From: Giardia intestinalis
Taxonomy: Eukaryota
Strand: one strand, 5' to 3'
Assembly (NCBI GenBank): GCA_000002435.2
Contig: CM018793.1
DNA: 64,000 bases
A program made the translations under genes and the position numbers. Under the pieces are notes generated by a model, which had not been told where the DNA came from, searched no databases, and saw nothing but the letters and a program-made list of their open reading frames with translations. This document shows positions 30,265-40,700 of the stretch, piece after piece (positions within the stretch are counted from its first letter, which is position 1; every line of letters begins with the position of its first letter).

Positions 30265-31971
30265 TCACTCCCAATTGTTTTGCAAGATGTCTTCGACGAA
30301 CATGGGGAGATATATGCTCCACCTGTCTGGAAGAGTATCCGGTACTCCGTGTCGTGGGACCCCGGGGTGCTGAGAGAAGTTGAACAGGGGGAGGAGGCCA
30401 TCTCTACCGCGTGTTGGACCGACGACCACATCAAATGCCAATTGGGCCGCAAGCTTTGCGTCTGTTGCCTTGGAATCTGTGCATCCGAAAATGGATGGTG
30501 ACCTCCCACAAAGTAACGGGTCTCTTAGGTCGTAGCGCGAAGCGATGGATTGGCCGGGATCCTTGTTGGATGCATCATCATTCAGATAGTCATTATATCG
30601 CATAAGAAGCTTGAAGTCTTCAAAGTTGTCCACCTTCGGGAGTTCTCTAGTGAAGATTTTATATCTGGACGACTCATTAAAACTCCAGTAAGGGTCGTTC
30701 TTCGCCGCATATCCAGAGATAACAAACAGCTCCTCGTCCATGGGCGTGTTGATTGAAAAGAAGTAGCCATCATTCAGGAGCATCTCTGTGACATCATAGG
30801 CTTTTATGTGCCCTGGAACAACCTCGTTAACATACAGCAGTGGCTTCCCATAATGGAGAATATAGTCCTTTTTCTCCTCTATTGTCATGTTCACTGTTGC
30901 CTCAGATAGAAGATCGAATAATCCGTAGTCGAGGCTGACCCACATGTTGTTGTACGTGTAAGAGTTCTCATTATTGAACACTTCTGACCACTGGTCTGCT
31001 GAAAATGCCATCATATTCGCTATCTGACTTCTCATCCATGTCAACACTACCGATCCATCCGTGCGTAGAAACTCATCATATAGGGTTGTGTTGAATGTGT
31101 GATAGGTCGTTTCCAACACAGCTACATTAGATTTTCTTCCTGTCGCAGATGTGACGGACTGGATATAGAAGTCGTCTATGGACGAGAAGTAACCAGGCAT
31201 CGACGAAAAGCTTACTTTCTGGTGCTGAGATTCTCCAAGGTCCCAGTGGAAGTGGTAATGCTTCATAGCCCTGTTAAACCCGGATCCGAAACTCGTCCAT
31301 GTGTCATGAGAGAAGAAGACATCCGACAGGTCAGGAGACATGCGGACAGCGGCAGAACAATGGTGGTGCTGTCCAAGTTCAATGCGCTCTCGCCGACGCT
31401 GGAGCATCTTTTCGCGGCGTGTAGGTTCGACAATAAGGACTGCCTCCAAGTCCTCCCAGTCTCCCACAGAATTATACATGAAGAACTCCTCTATAGTGTA
31501 AGGACGAATCTTCTCTTCGTTTGCGTATCTCGTGTATCCGTGAGTAAGACCCTGAAGCCAGTTGCAGGCGGTCAGATTGACTGCGTGCCAAAAGACGCTA
31601 GTGTTAACGTTGACCTGCTCCTTGATATATGCAAGGTTTTTCTGTGTGTAAGTATAAAACTCCACGGGGAATTCGCCATCGAAGCTATCCTCGAGCACGT
31701 TATTCATGAGATGGTATATGTGAGGCCCCATGGTGTACCCTTCGAGATATCCGGCCGCATATGCTTGCTCATAGTCAGGGATGTCGGGATTAGTCTTGAT
31801 CACCGCATACGTGTAGCCGAACTCAAACTTCCGGTCCTGGAGCTTAATAGAAGCTGCCCCCTCTGGATCAACGCCAGGAAGAATTCTGTTGTCTCGCGTA
31901 ATGGAATAGTATTCGACGTGGGAGACAGAAAGGGTCAAAGACAGAAGGAGAAGAACGGCAAGCGCCTGCAT
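30265..31971 (-). CDS. Phospholipase B-like (PLBD/LAMA family) secreted protein
   Basis: Signal peptide MQALAVLLLLSLTLSVS. It is about 568 aa with an internal HHCSAAV sequence consistent with an Ntn-hydrolase-type self-processing Cys. The family call rests on overall resemblance. Confidence 0.45.
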   Translation of the reverse strand: MQALAVLLLLSLTLSVSHVEYYSITRDNRILPGVDPEGAASIKLQDRKFEFGYTYAVIKTNPDIPDYEQAYAAGYLEGYTMGPHIYHLMNNVLEDSFDGEFPVEFYTYTQKNLAYIKEQVNVNTSVFWHAVNLTACNWLQGLTHGYTRYANEEKIRPYTIEEFFMYNSVGDWEDLEAVLIVEPTRREKMLQRRRERIELGQHHHCSAAVRMSPDLSDVFFSHDTWTSFGSGFNRAMKHYHFHWDLGESQHQKVSFSSMPGYFSSIDDFYIQSVTSATGRKSNVAVLETTYHTFNTTLYDEFLRTDGSVVLTWMRSQIANMMAFSADQWSEVFNNENSYTYNNMWVSLDYGLFDLLSEATVNMTIEEKKDYILHYGKPLLYVNEVVPGHIKAYDVTEMLLNDGYFFSINTPMDEELFVISGYAAKNDPYWSFNESSRYKIFTRELPKVDNFEDFKLLMRYNDYLNDDASNKDPGQSIASRYDLRDPLLCGRSPSIFGCTDSKATDAKLAAQLAFDVVVGPTRGRDGLLPLFNFSQHPGVPRHGVPDTLPDRWSIYLPMFVEDILQNNWE

Positions 31972-32046
31972 TTTGTTTTGCCAAATTAACGGAATTCAAT
32001 ATTTTACGTCCTTTGGCAGATCAAATTAGTAAAATGCAATTTATAT

Positions 32047-32757
32047 TCAAAGACGGTCTTGAAGCATTGAAATGAGGGGCTCTCGTAGGAGCCGCTGGGA
32101 TACTGCCAACCGTAGCGCACCCTGAGTATAGAAGGGGTACTCTGGATCTGCAGTCTCTGTATTGGCAGCTTCCAATTCAGTAATTTCATCCACCAAGGCT
32201 ATGCATTGACCAGCTCGACCGTTCACCAATCTGTCATAGTATGGAGGCAGGTACTGCACCTCTGCGCGAGACCTTAAATGAACGATTGTCCCTGGAGGTT
32301 GTGCAGTGCGCAAGGATGACAGGGCCTTACCAATCAGCCCCTGCAGACATGACCCGCTTTTCTCATGCTGTAATTCTATATGGTTGCACAATGGAGTCTT
32401 TGGATTAGGCTTTGTGCTTATGGGCAAATTCATACTAAGGCATAGCTGCTTAAGGACACCCGTAGGAACAATCCCCTTCTGCTTTATACAAACAGTATGC
32501 GTATTGGATTTTTCTCGCAAAAAGTTCCAAAACGCCATATTCTGAGCTAGAAGCACCCGGTCCTGTCCAAAGACACGTTTCTTAGCGAGCAGTAAATCCT
32601 CGTCAACCATCAGAGTGGGTAGAGACCCCCGTTCATCAGCGATTTTCCGGCGAAGTGCATGCGTTTGTGTTACCCACGTGCCAGCACCCAAGGAGCAGTA
32701 AACGAGGGCAGCAGTTAGTAGACCGTTGGTAGCGGCCTCTATGAAGCGCCGAGGCAT
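32047..32757 (-). CDS. Hypothetical protein with N-terminal hydrophobic segment
   Basis: ATG at 32757 preceded (minus strand) by ggaattttctagttgaaa. Confidence 0.45.
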   Translation of the reverse strand: MPRRFIEAATNGLLTAALVYCSLGAGTWVTQTHALRRKIADERGSLPTLMVDEDLLLAKKRVFGQDRVLLAQNMAFWNFLREKSNTHTVCIKQKGIVPTGVLKQLCLSMNLPISTKPNPKTPLCNHIELQHEKSGSCLQGLIGKALSSLRTAQPPGTIVHLRSRAEVQYLPPYYDRLVNGRAGQCIALVDEITELEAANTETADPEYPFYTQGALRLAVSQRLLREPLISMLQDRL

Positions 32758-32782
32758 TTTTCAACTAGAAAATTCCAAGACC
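32758..32782. promoter_or_regulatory. 25-bp AT-rich bidirectional initiator region between divergent ATGs
   Basis: Sequence ttttcaactagaaaattccaagacc separates the minus-strand ATG at 32757 from the plus-strand ATG at 32783. Confidence 0.5.
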
Positions 32783-33940
32783 ATGATTGTCTGCTTGTTG
32801 GTCCTGCTAGCAGTCATTGGAGGGAAACAATTAGCTGCGCTGCCAGCTGATGAAGTGGTGGAACAGTTAGAATTGGCTGTAGAGCGTTTTTTGATCCAAC
32901 GGAAAATCCCAGACCAGACAGAGCTGGGGTTCATACTAAATCATTTACACTATCAGACAAAAAAGGGTGGGGCTGTAGGAGTCCAGGAGCTCAATATAGA
33001 TAAAAATATCCATCAAATTGCCGTTATCGGGGACCTCCATGGAGATGCAGAATCCACTAAGTATATCTTTCAGAAGGTGCTTCTTAACAAAACATTTATG
33101 GAGTCTGGCATGGCTGTTTTTCTAGGAGACTACGTGGATCGGGGCCAGCATGGAATTAACGTTCTAACCTCCATTTTGGCAGCTAAAGTTGTTTACGGTG
33201 ATCGTGTCATAACTATTCGAGGAAATCATGAATCTGAAAACCTAAATCGCCGATATGGTTTTCTAGATGAAGTTTCCCGCGCATATGGACATGCCTTTTA
33301 CCATAAGACTATTGCTCCATTCTTCAAGCTTTTGCCCGTCGCGTATGTAGCCTCTGTGACTAGCCACACCACACTAGCAAATAGGATCCTTTTTGTACAC
33401 GGAGGACTGCCTAGAAATGCTACACTAGATACACTGATACTAAGATCCAAAGTGGATATTCCATCCAGCAACGATATCACAGATCAGAGATATACACATT
33501 CGCTAGAAAACTGTCTTCCCGAAGACGCTGTGCAAGATATTCTGTGGAGTGATCCTAGTCAGACAGTCCACGGAAAAGATACACTAAATGATTACACGAA
33601 AAACCCCAGAGGAGCAGGAATTCTGTATTCGAGTGAGTTTTATAGAAAGTTTGCCACAGAAAATAGAGTACTTGCAATGTTCAGAGGCCACCAGGTTGTC
33701 AAGAATGGGTTTAGAAGGGACTTTTTCAATCACTACACAGTTTTTAGCAGTTCAGACTACGTAGGCATGAAAAACAAAGGTGCATATGCTGTACTCGATG
33801 TTAGGTGCATGCGAACTACTATTACTTCTGAGGTTGATGTGATTGGCCTCCAAAACTACAAGGAGGTAAATCTGGCACACTGTATTCATGCTTATCCCGT
33901 CGTACAGAAGCCAGAGAACGGCACAACCAACAACAGCTAG
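32783..33940 (+). CDS. PPP-family Ser/Thr protein phosphatase with N-terminal signal peptide
   Basis: Motifs GDLHGD, GDYVDRG, RGNHE, HGG, LWSDP, RGH and FSSSDY are in PPP order. The N-terminus MIVCLLVLLAVIGG is hydrophobic. The track start at 32726 is TTG. Confidence 0.7.
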   Translation: MIVCLLVLLAVIGGKQLAALPADEVVEQLELAVERFLIQRKIPDQTELGFILNHLHYQTKKGGAVGVQELNIDKNIHQIAVIGDLHGDAESTKYIFQKVLLNKTFMESGMAVFLGDYVDRGQHGINVLTSILAAKVVYGDRVITIRGNHESENLNRRYGFLDEVSRAYGHAFYHKTIAPFFKLLPVAYVASVTSHTTLANRILFVHGGLPRNATLDTLILRSKVDIPSSNDITDQRYTHSLENCLPEDAVQDILWSDPSQTVHGKDTLNDYTKNPRGAGILYSSEFYRKFATENRVLAMFRGHQVVKNGFRRDFFNHYTVFSSSDYVGMKNKGAYAVLDVRCMRTTITSEVDVIGLQNYKEVNLAHCIHAYPVVQKPENGTTNNS

Positions 33941-33950
33941 ATACGCTGGC

Positions 33951-35441
33951 CTATAGCTTGCATACCGACTTATGAAAGCCTATCTTTTCGCTGAAGTTGG
34001 CGTGAGATGGGTATCTTTTATAGAACGGATTGTGACTGACTCCCTCCGTAGATATCCGCTTCAAAACACACATACGGCGTCCGTAAAGCATAGTCATCTG
34101 CTGTGGTAGGTGATAAAGGCACAGAAAATCAGGGTGTGCGGGGATATCGTCCTCAGTAAACTCATTGACTAAGTATGGCATCCAAAAGACCAGATGGCCG
34201 TCTAATTTCAGTGTCCATGCAGCAAACTTTAGGACAGACAAGAATATGTCTGCTGTATCCTGATGTTGGGATGCAACACTAAACTTGTTATAGTTCCAGC
34301 TACGTGTGAATACAGTATCTGTGACTAAATTATCAGTGTCGTCCACTGATTCGGCCGGATGTGCAACATCAGCTGCTTTCCCTTTTCTGGATCCAGCACG
34401 GATGGAATATGGGGGGTCACATAGTATTGCATCTATACATAGGCACTGATATGCTATCCTATTAACATCATGGTGCGAAATTATCGGTTGGGGAAGGCCA
34501 TACTGAAGAAAGTTCTTACTGAAGTTCTCGTCAGTGCTTTTCCCCCGCAGCACACGAATATTTAAGTCTCCGCCAATAGTAATACATCCATACGATGCGG
34601 CGCTGACCAGAATGCTGCATGTGCCAGCAAATGGGTCGCAGACAATATCTCCTGGCTTCAATCCTGCAACCTCACACATTATGAAAGCTAGCTCATGGTC
34701 CATGGAGGTTGGTCCAAGGAAGACTCGATCGGGGAGTTGATAAGTCTTCAGCTTATACCGCATCATCGATCCCAGATATTTGGAGGTGGACACAGCCAAA
34801 ACTACAGATCCCGATTGTTGATGGGAAGTTCCTGGAAGAATGTTTGCCTTCTCCTTCTTTCCATGCATCTGTAAGCACTCGTTAATAAGCATAAATCGTA
34901 TATTGTAATTTGTCAGATCACAGGATAACGACTGGAGTGCAGGAAGACGCTGTATTATTTCTGCGTAAAGCTGAGTCTTCTGCGAATTTGCAACCTTTTC
35001 ACCAACGATATTAGAGTCAAAGCGGTACCGTATAGACTCTGAGTATAGCACTACTACGGCATCTAAGAAGTGCTTAAGAGAAGCATTTGCAGCTCTCATC
35101 GAGCTTTCGCCAAGAAGTTCGATATAAGACGAAGCAGATGCCAAGACAAACCCATATGCCTTTATGAGGGTCAAGCTAGCTAGAAACGATTCTACGACCT
35201 CAATTTGCTTTATAAAGGGCGTATTGTCTTGATAGGTAGGATCCAGAGTAAAGAGCATTATTGGGCTTATATATGGCCTACGAATAACGACAGGAAGCCC
35301 TAACAGAGCCGCCCGAGCAAGAAATGTTGGCTCGTGAAAGGCAGCTTTAATTTCACCAAAGTTGGCAACCCATAGTAGAGATCTTTCCAACGGTGCGTCT
35401 GAGGTTGAGCTAGAGATTAAAGAGGAGGACTGGGACTTCAT
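33951..35441 (-). CDS. tRNA (guanine-N2)-methyltransferase Trm11/TRMT11-like
   Basis: SAM motif I DPFAGTCSILV and motif IV DPPY. First ATG at 35441; the track start at 35480 is GTG. Confidence 0.55.
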   Translation of the reverse strand: MKSQSSSLISSSTSDAPLERSLLWVANFGEIKAAFHEPTFLARAALLGLPVVIRRPYISPIMLFTLDPTYQDNTPFIKQIEVVESFLASLTLIKAYGFVLASASSYIELLGESSMRAANASLKHFLDAVVVLYSESIRYRFDSNIVGEKVANSQKTQLYAEIIQRLPALQSLSCDLTNYNIRFMLINECLQMHGKKEKANILPGTSHQQSGSVVLAVSTSKYLGSMMRYKLKTYQLPDRVFLGPTSMDHELAFIMCEVAGLKPGDIVCDPFAGTCSILVSAASYGCITIGGDLNIRVLRGKSTDENFSKNFLQYGLPQPIISHHDVNRIAYQCLCIDAILCDPPYSIRAGSRKGKAADVAHPAESVDDTDNLVTDTVFTRSWNYNKFSVASQHQDTADIFLSVLKFAAWTLKLDGHLVFWMPYLVNEFTEDDIPAHPDFLCLYHLPQQMTMLYGRRMCVLKRISTEGVSHNPFYKRYPSHANFSEKIGFHKSVCKL

Positions 35442-35465
35442 AAGGATTAATTTTATCTGGCGGAG
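35442..35465. promoter_or_regulatory. 24-bp AT-rich bidirectional initiator region between divergent ATGs
   Basis: Sequence aaggattaattttatctggcggag lies between the minus-strand ATG at 35441 and the plus-strand ATG at 35466. Confidence 0.5.
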
Positions 35466-36827
35466 ATGCCGCGTAATCACACCCAGGCCTCAATGTGGAG
35501 GCAATCACAAGAGCAACGAATTCTTGATACTGTTAAGCAATCAATAGAAAAGAGAAAGACCGCAGATCCGCAGGCTTCTACCTACACGTTTCAGCGCTTC
35601 AAAATGTCTGACCTTGGTCCTTCCGCACTCAGTCCCAATCCCTGTCGCTTACTAATGTCAAAGTTCACCTCTTTGGGGTCTGCAGTCAGTCCTCATGAGA
35701 TGACTGGCCGGCGTCTAAAATCCACCTTAATTGAGCGGTTCAAGTCCAGGTCTCCAAACCTTTACAGCTTCAAGAAGCAGCAACGCCAAATACCCCAATC
35801 TTTGACACTAACTCCGTCCGCTCATAAATCTGAAATAGATTTAAACTCCACACTAAAGAACATAACGTTTTCCGACTTAGACCTAGCTTCTGATTTAGTT
35901 TCGCAGAAACAGACAAGTAGCGAGACAATTGAGGAACTTCCAAATATAAGACCCGCCTTTACACAGGATCAACTTAAGCGCTTCAAACTCACATCTGATG
36001 CTGCCTACACGGCCATGGCATGCAGTACTATAAAGAGTAACGTGGCCAGAGACCTAACGGATCTCTCTATTTTGGACAGCACACCTACCCTTGCAAGTGC
36101 TACTAGAGAGCGCCTACTGATGCACATGTCCAGAGAAGACATTGAGCAAGAAGCCTTACGGAGTAGATTCCTTGAAGATGCAGGACTTAAAAAAGAAAAG
36201 AAGTATCCTCCCTATGTGAGACTAGCAGATAAAAGACACTCCGACAATATAAGCGCATCAGGAGAACGAATGAGAGTTCGCCGGATCATAACTGCTGATT
36301 CTGCCTTAGCCCAGAAACATCAGACAGAGCGCGAGAAGCTACTGCTAAGCAGTAGCTGCATTGTGCGAACTGTCAATCCAGCTCCATCAGAAAATCATGT
36401 GGAAAGCAAACCACGCACTAGAACAGGCACGGTACCACCTTGTCCTAAAGGACAAGCAGCTATTAGTACACCTCCCACTCAAGCACCTGCTGTGGCGCAG
36501 ACGGTCTTGTCTGACTACATAAGTAAGCAATCTCAAACAGAACTGATTGCAACATATCAGCAAGCGAGTATCAAGTTAAGGGAAGAATTACATGAAAAGA
36601 AGCGCAGGTGCAATGATCTACAAAACAGCTTACGATACTTACAGATTCTCGCCTCTATAAAGCTCCAGCCAGATAGGGTTCCTCCGGGATTCTACTGTTA
36701 CCTCAACCTTCCGTGCTGCCATTACTCTATTTATTCAGAGCTTCACTTTTCCATTGGAGACCTTTGTGTTAAGTGTCGGCAGCGGATAGAAAACTGTATC
36801 ATGATCAAGGCCGACATAGCACAGTAA
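35466..36827 (+). CDS. Ser/Thr-rich coiled-coil protein with C-terminal Cys/His (PPGFYCYLNLPCCHY...C-x2-C) module; paralog of 26983..28374
   Basis: C-terminal alignment with the other paralog. Its last 85 nt overlap the 3' end of the convergent MTAN gene. Confidence 0.5.
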   Translation: MPRNHTQASMWRQSQEQRILDTVKQSIEKRKTADPQASTYTFQRFKMSDLGPSALSPNPCRLLMSKFTSLGSAVSPHEMTGRRLKSTLIERFKSRSPNLYSFKKQQRQIPQSLTLTPSAHKSEIDLNSTLKNITFSDLDLASDLVSQKQTSSETIEELPNIRPAFTQDQLKRFKLTSDAAYTAMACSTIKSNVARDLTDLSILDSTPTLASATRERLLMHMSREDIEQEALRSRFLEDAGLKKEKKYPPYVRLADKRHSDNISASGERMRVRRIITADSALAQKHQTEREKLLLSSSCIVRTVNPAPSENHVESKPRTRTGTVPPCPKGQAAISTPPTQAPAVAQTVLSDYISKQSQTELIATYQQASIKLREELHEKKRRCNDLQNSLRYLQILASIKLQPDRVPPGFYCYLNLPCCHYSIYSELHFSIGDLCVKCRQRIENCIMIKADIAQ

Positions 36828-37627
36828 TCAAATTTACTTGCAGATGCTAAATAGCTCTTCAGAACAGCAAGCATTAAGGGCGAGCTAATGCCATTGCAAA
36901 ACTCGTCAAATTGAACGGTTGCTTCTCCAGAACCAGAGTCGCTGATTGCTCTGATAATGATATACGGCACTCTTGCCTCATAGCAAATTTGTGCCACGGC
37001 CGCACCCTCCATCTCTACACACAGTGCACTCTCAAATCGAGATCCTAGTTCCTTATTCATCTCATCGGAAGAAACAAATTGATCTCCCGACAGAACACTC
37101 CCAGTTAGCAATTTGGGGGACCTGTTTAATTGGGCAAGAATCCTTCGCCCAATAGGCTCAGAATTATCGTCTAAAACTAGAGCCATATCGTCTGCCAGCA
37201 CAGCCTGAACTGCAGCTTGGGCTCGCGTCTGCAACTGTCCATCTGCTGGGATTTCGCACTTACCCACCGAAAAGACTACGCTCCGTTCTACCCACGGTCT
37301 TCCATCAAAGTCGTGTTGAATGGCAGCAGTCGATACAACGACATCACCGATTGCAGCGCGTCCTTGAATTCCGCCAGCAACCCCTAGGAATATGACCTCA
37401 GAGCAGCCGAAGACAGAGATCATAATAGCTGCCGTAGATGCTGCGGCCACTTTCCCTATCCCGCTCTTAGAGATCACCACAGTTTGGCCGCTTATCTCTC
37501 CAGTGTAGAAAGTGCGTCCGCAGTGGTCTTCAGATTGCAGCTCCTTCTCAAAGCACTTCTTTATCATACCGAACTCACGCTCTATGGCACACATGGCCCC
37601 AATTATTCGCCTCTTCTGTGAACTCAT
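36743..37627 (-). CDS. 5'-methylthioadenosine/S-adenosylhomocysteine nucleosidase (MTAN, bacterial type)
   Basis: IIGAMCAIE, GIGKVAAA, FLGVAGGI and EMEGAAVAQ match the MtnN/Pfs family. ATG at 37627 preceded by caaaaacacataaata. Confidence 0.75.
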   Translation of the reverse strand: MSSQKRRIIGAMCAIEREFGMIKKCFEKELQSEDHCGRTFYTGEISGQTVVISKSGIGKVAAASTAAIMISVFGCSEVIFLGVAGGIQGRAAIGDVVVSTAAIQHDFDGRPWVERSVVFSVGKCEIPADGQLQTRAQAAVQAVLADDMALVLDDNSEPIGRRILAQLNRSPKLLTGSVLSGDQFVSSDEMNKELGSRFESALCVEMEGAAVAQICYEARVPYIIIRAISDSGSGEATVQFDEFCNGISSPLMLAVLKSYLASASKFDYCAMSALIMIQFSIRCRHLTQRSPMEK

Positions 37628-37787
37628 TATTTATGTGTTTTTGACAGAGGCTCCGTCCTAACAAATCCCTGCCAGCTATGGTGAAATGATACCCGCGCAG
37701 CGGCCGCCCATGGGACTACAACCCCAAGGACTACAACGCTGGCAGGCAACAGGGGCCCGCACGCAAAACGCAGAGTTCACTAGCGGC

Positions 37788-40700
37788 CTACTGGAGGTCC
37801 AGGGCCGAGAGGTTGTCGTCGAGGACGACGATGCCGGCGCGGATGTCGTCCACAAGCTTCTTGTAGTACTCGACGGCCTTCCGGAGGTTGCCCGTCTCGC
37901 TGATGGCCTTGCCGCACTCGTCTGTCTTCTGCGCAAGGTCCTCGTTGGCCTTGTCGAGCGACTCCTGCAGCGAGGCGATCTCTGCCTCGAGCGCCATGGT
38001 GCGCTCGTCGTTTGCGGAGTGGAGGTTGGCGTCGCGGGCCTCCTCCAGCTCCCTGTTCAGGGCCTCGATCTGGGCGCTGACCTCCGCGTTCTTGCCCTCC
38101 TGGTCGTCGAGGAGGCCCTGGAGTTCCGTGATGGTGTTCTCGCGGTCGTCGAGCTCCTCCTGGAGCTTCCTGAGCTCCTCCTGCAGGCTCTCGACGACGG
38201 CCGGGTCGATGTCGTTCGCCGTGTTCTTGAGCACCTCGACCTCCTCCTGGAGGTCCGCGATCTGCTTCCTGCTCTCGTCCAGGGAGCACTGGAGGGTGGT
38301 GATCTTGTCGTTGTTGGCGCTGTCCAGCTTGATCATCTCGTCCTTGAGATCGCTGCACTGCTGCTTGAGGCCGTCGATCTCGTCCTGGAGCTCGTCGATG
38401 AGGGACCGCTTGGCCTCGAGCTCGTCCTTCAGCGCTGCGTTCTCGTCCTGGACCTCCCGGAGGGCCGCAGCATCCCCGACCTCCTCGCCGGACTCCGGAT
38501 AGACGGTGGTCGCGGTGGGCTGGGCCTCCAGCTGTTCGCGCAGCTCGGCGATCTCGGCGTCCTTGTCCTTGAGCCCGTCGTTGAGGACCGCGATCTCGTC
38601 ATCGAGCTCTGCGATCCTCTCCTTGAGGTCGTCGTACTCCTCGGTGTCGCGGAGCCTCTGCTTGAGCTCGTCGATGGTGGCGTCCCGCTCCGCCACAAGC
38701 TCCTTGGCTCCGCTGAGGTCCTTCTCGAGCTGCTCGACGAGCTTCTGGAGGTCGCCGTCTGCTGCCCTGGAGTCGCTGAGAGCGTGGAGCTTGTCCTGGA
38801 GGGCCTCGGCGCTCTCCCTGAGCTCGCGCACAGTGGCCTCGCTGGCCTCGAGCTTGTTTGCGAGCTCGGGGTCCGCAGTCGCAAGCTCGGCCCGGAGCCC
38901 CTCCGTCTCCATTTCCTTGGCCTCGAGCGCGGCGCGCAGCTCTGCAAGCTCCTTGCGCGCGTCCTGGAGCTGGTCCTCGAGCATCCGGACGCGCTCGGTG
39001 TCCTCGGGCACCTGGGCGGCCTCGAGCTGGACCCGGAGTCCGCCCAGCTCCTCGCGGAGGCGCGCGGCCTCGGCGTCGCTGTCGACGAGGTTCTTGTGGA
39101 CGGCGTCGATCTCGGCGAGCTTGGCGTTGAGCTGTCCGCGGAGCTCTGCAACCTCGTTCTCGAGGGAGGCAACCCGAGCCTTCGCAAGCTCCGCGCCGTC
39201 GTCATCGGTGACGGCTCTGAGGCCTGTCGTCGCGCCCGCGAGCTCGGCGTCCTTGCTGGCGAGCTGGGCGAGGAGGCTGTCGACCATCTCCTTGCTCTCG
39301 CCGAGCTTGGCCTTGTAGCCCTCGACCTCGGCGAGGAGCTCGCTAAGCCGCTCGGTGTTCTCGGCGCTGGCGCGGGCAATGGCAAGCTCCTTCTCGAGTT
39401 GCTCGATGGTCTCGTCCTTGCCTTTCGCCGCGTCGATCAGCTCGTCGACGCGGCTGCGAAGGTCGGCAACCTCCTGGCGCAGGGCCGCGACCTCGCCCTG
39501 GTCCTGCGGGGCGCCGAGGTCCTTGCGCAGGCTCTCCACCAGATCTGTCAGATCCCGGACCTGCTTCATGAGCCGCTCCTTGTCGCCCTCCAGGGAGTCG
39601 CTCCTCAGCCTGCCGTTGCGTAGGTCCTCCTTGAGCGCGTCCATCTCCGCCATGATCCGCGCGTGCTCGCCCTTGTAGTGGTCGTTCTCGCCGGTGAGGG
39701 CGTTGACGAGGGCCTGCAGCTCGTCGACCTTCTGGACCAGGCCGTCGTCGAAGTCGAGGATGCTCGAGACCTTGGCCTGCTCCTCGGGGTCGACGTCGCT
39801 GATCTCCGTCTGGGCGTCGACGTACTCCGCACCGGACTGGTCGGACGGCGCCACGCTGAGCGGCTTCTCGCGGAGCTCGCAGAGGGCGTCGTTGAGCTGC
39901 CTCACCTCGTCCTCGAGGCGGCGGAGGCTGTGCTCCTTGTCGGCGACCTCCTTGCCCTTGTCTGCAGCGAGCTGCTCGAGCTCGGCGAGCCGCGCGGTCT
40001 TCTCTTCAAGTCCCCGAATTGCGTCGTCGCGCGCGGCAACGGTGCCCCGGAGGTCTGCGATCTCATCCTCGAGGATCTTGATGCGCGCGTCGTCTTGGGG
40101 CACGGTGCTGTCAAGCTGGGCCTTGAGGTCCGCGATGAGGCTCTCCTTCGCGTCCAGGGCGCCGTTGAGCCTGTTGAGCTCGTCCTTCTGCTCGCGGTTC
40201 TGGCCGTGCATGACCTCGAGCTCCTCGTTGAGGACCTGGACCTCCTCCCTAAGCGCGTCGAGCTCCTCCTTGAGCCTGTCGAGGTCCTCGGAGGATGCGC
40301 CGGGCTCATCGGTGTAGACCGTCGAACCCACTGGCTTCTGCTCGAGCTCCCTCCGCATGTCCTCCATCTCGGCCACCGCGCAGTCGTACCTGTCCTTGAG
40401 CGAGAGGAGCTGCTCCTGCGCGTCCTCCAGCTGCTCCTGGAGCTCGACAAGCCTCTCCACGTCGCTTGCGTCTCCGCTCGCCCGGGCGTTGGCGAGCGCC
40501 TCCTTGAGGTCAGAGACCTCCTTGTTGAGGTGGGCGACCTGGCCGCGGAGTCCGCTGGCCTCGTCTGCGCCGCTCTTCCTGAGGGCCTCAAGCGCGTCAT
40601 TGAGGGCCTGGAGCTCGTCTTTGAGTCGGCCGTTCTCCTCCTCCAGCGCGGTGAGCTGTGCCGGATCGGTCTCGACTGGCTGAGCGGGCGCGCCGTCGAC

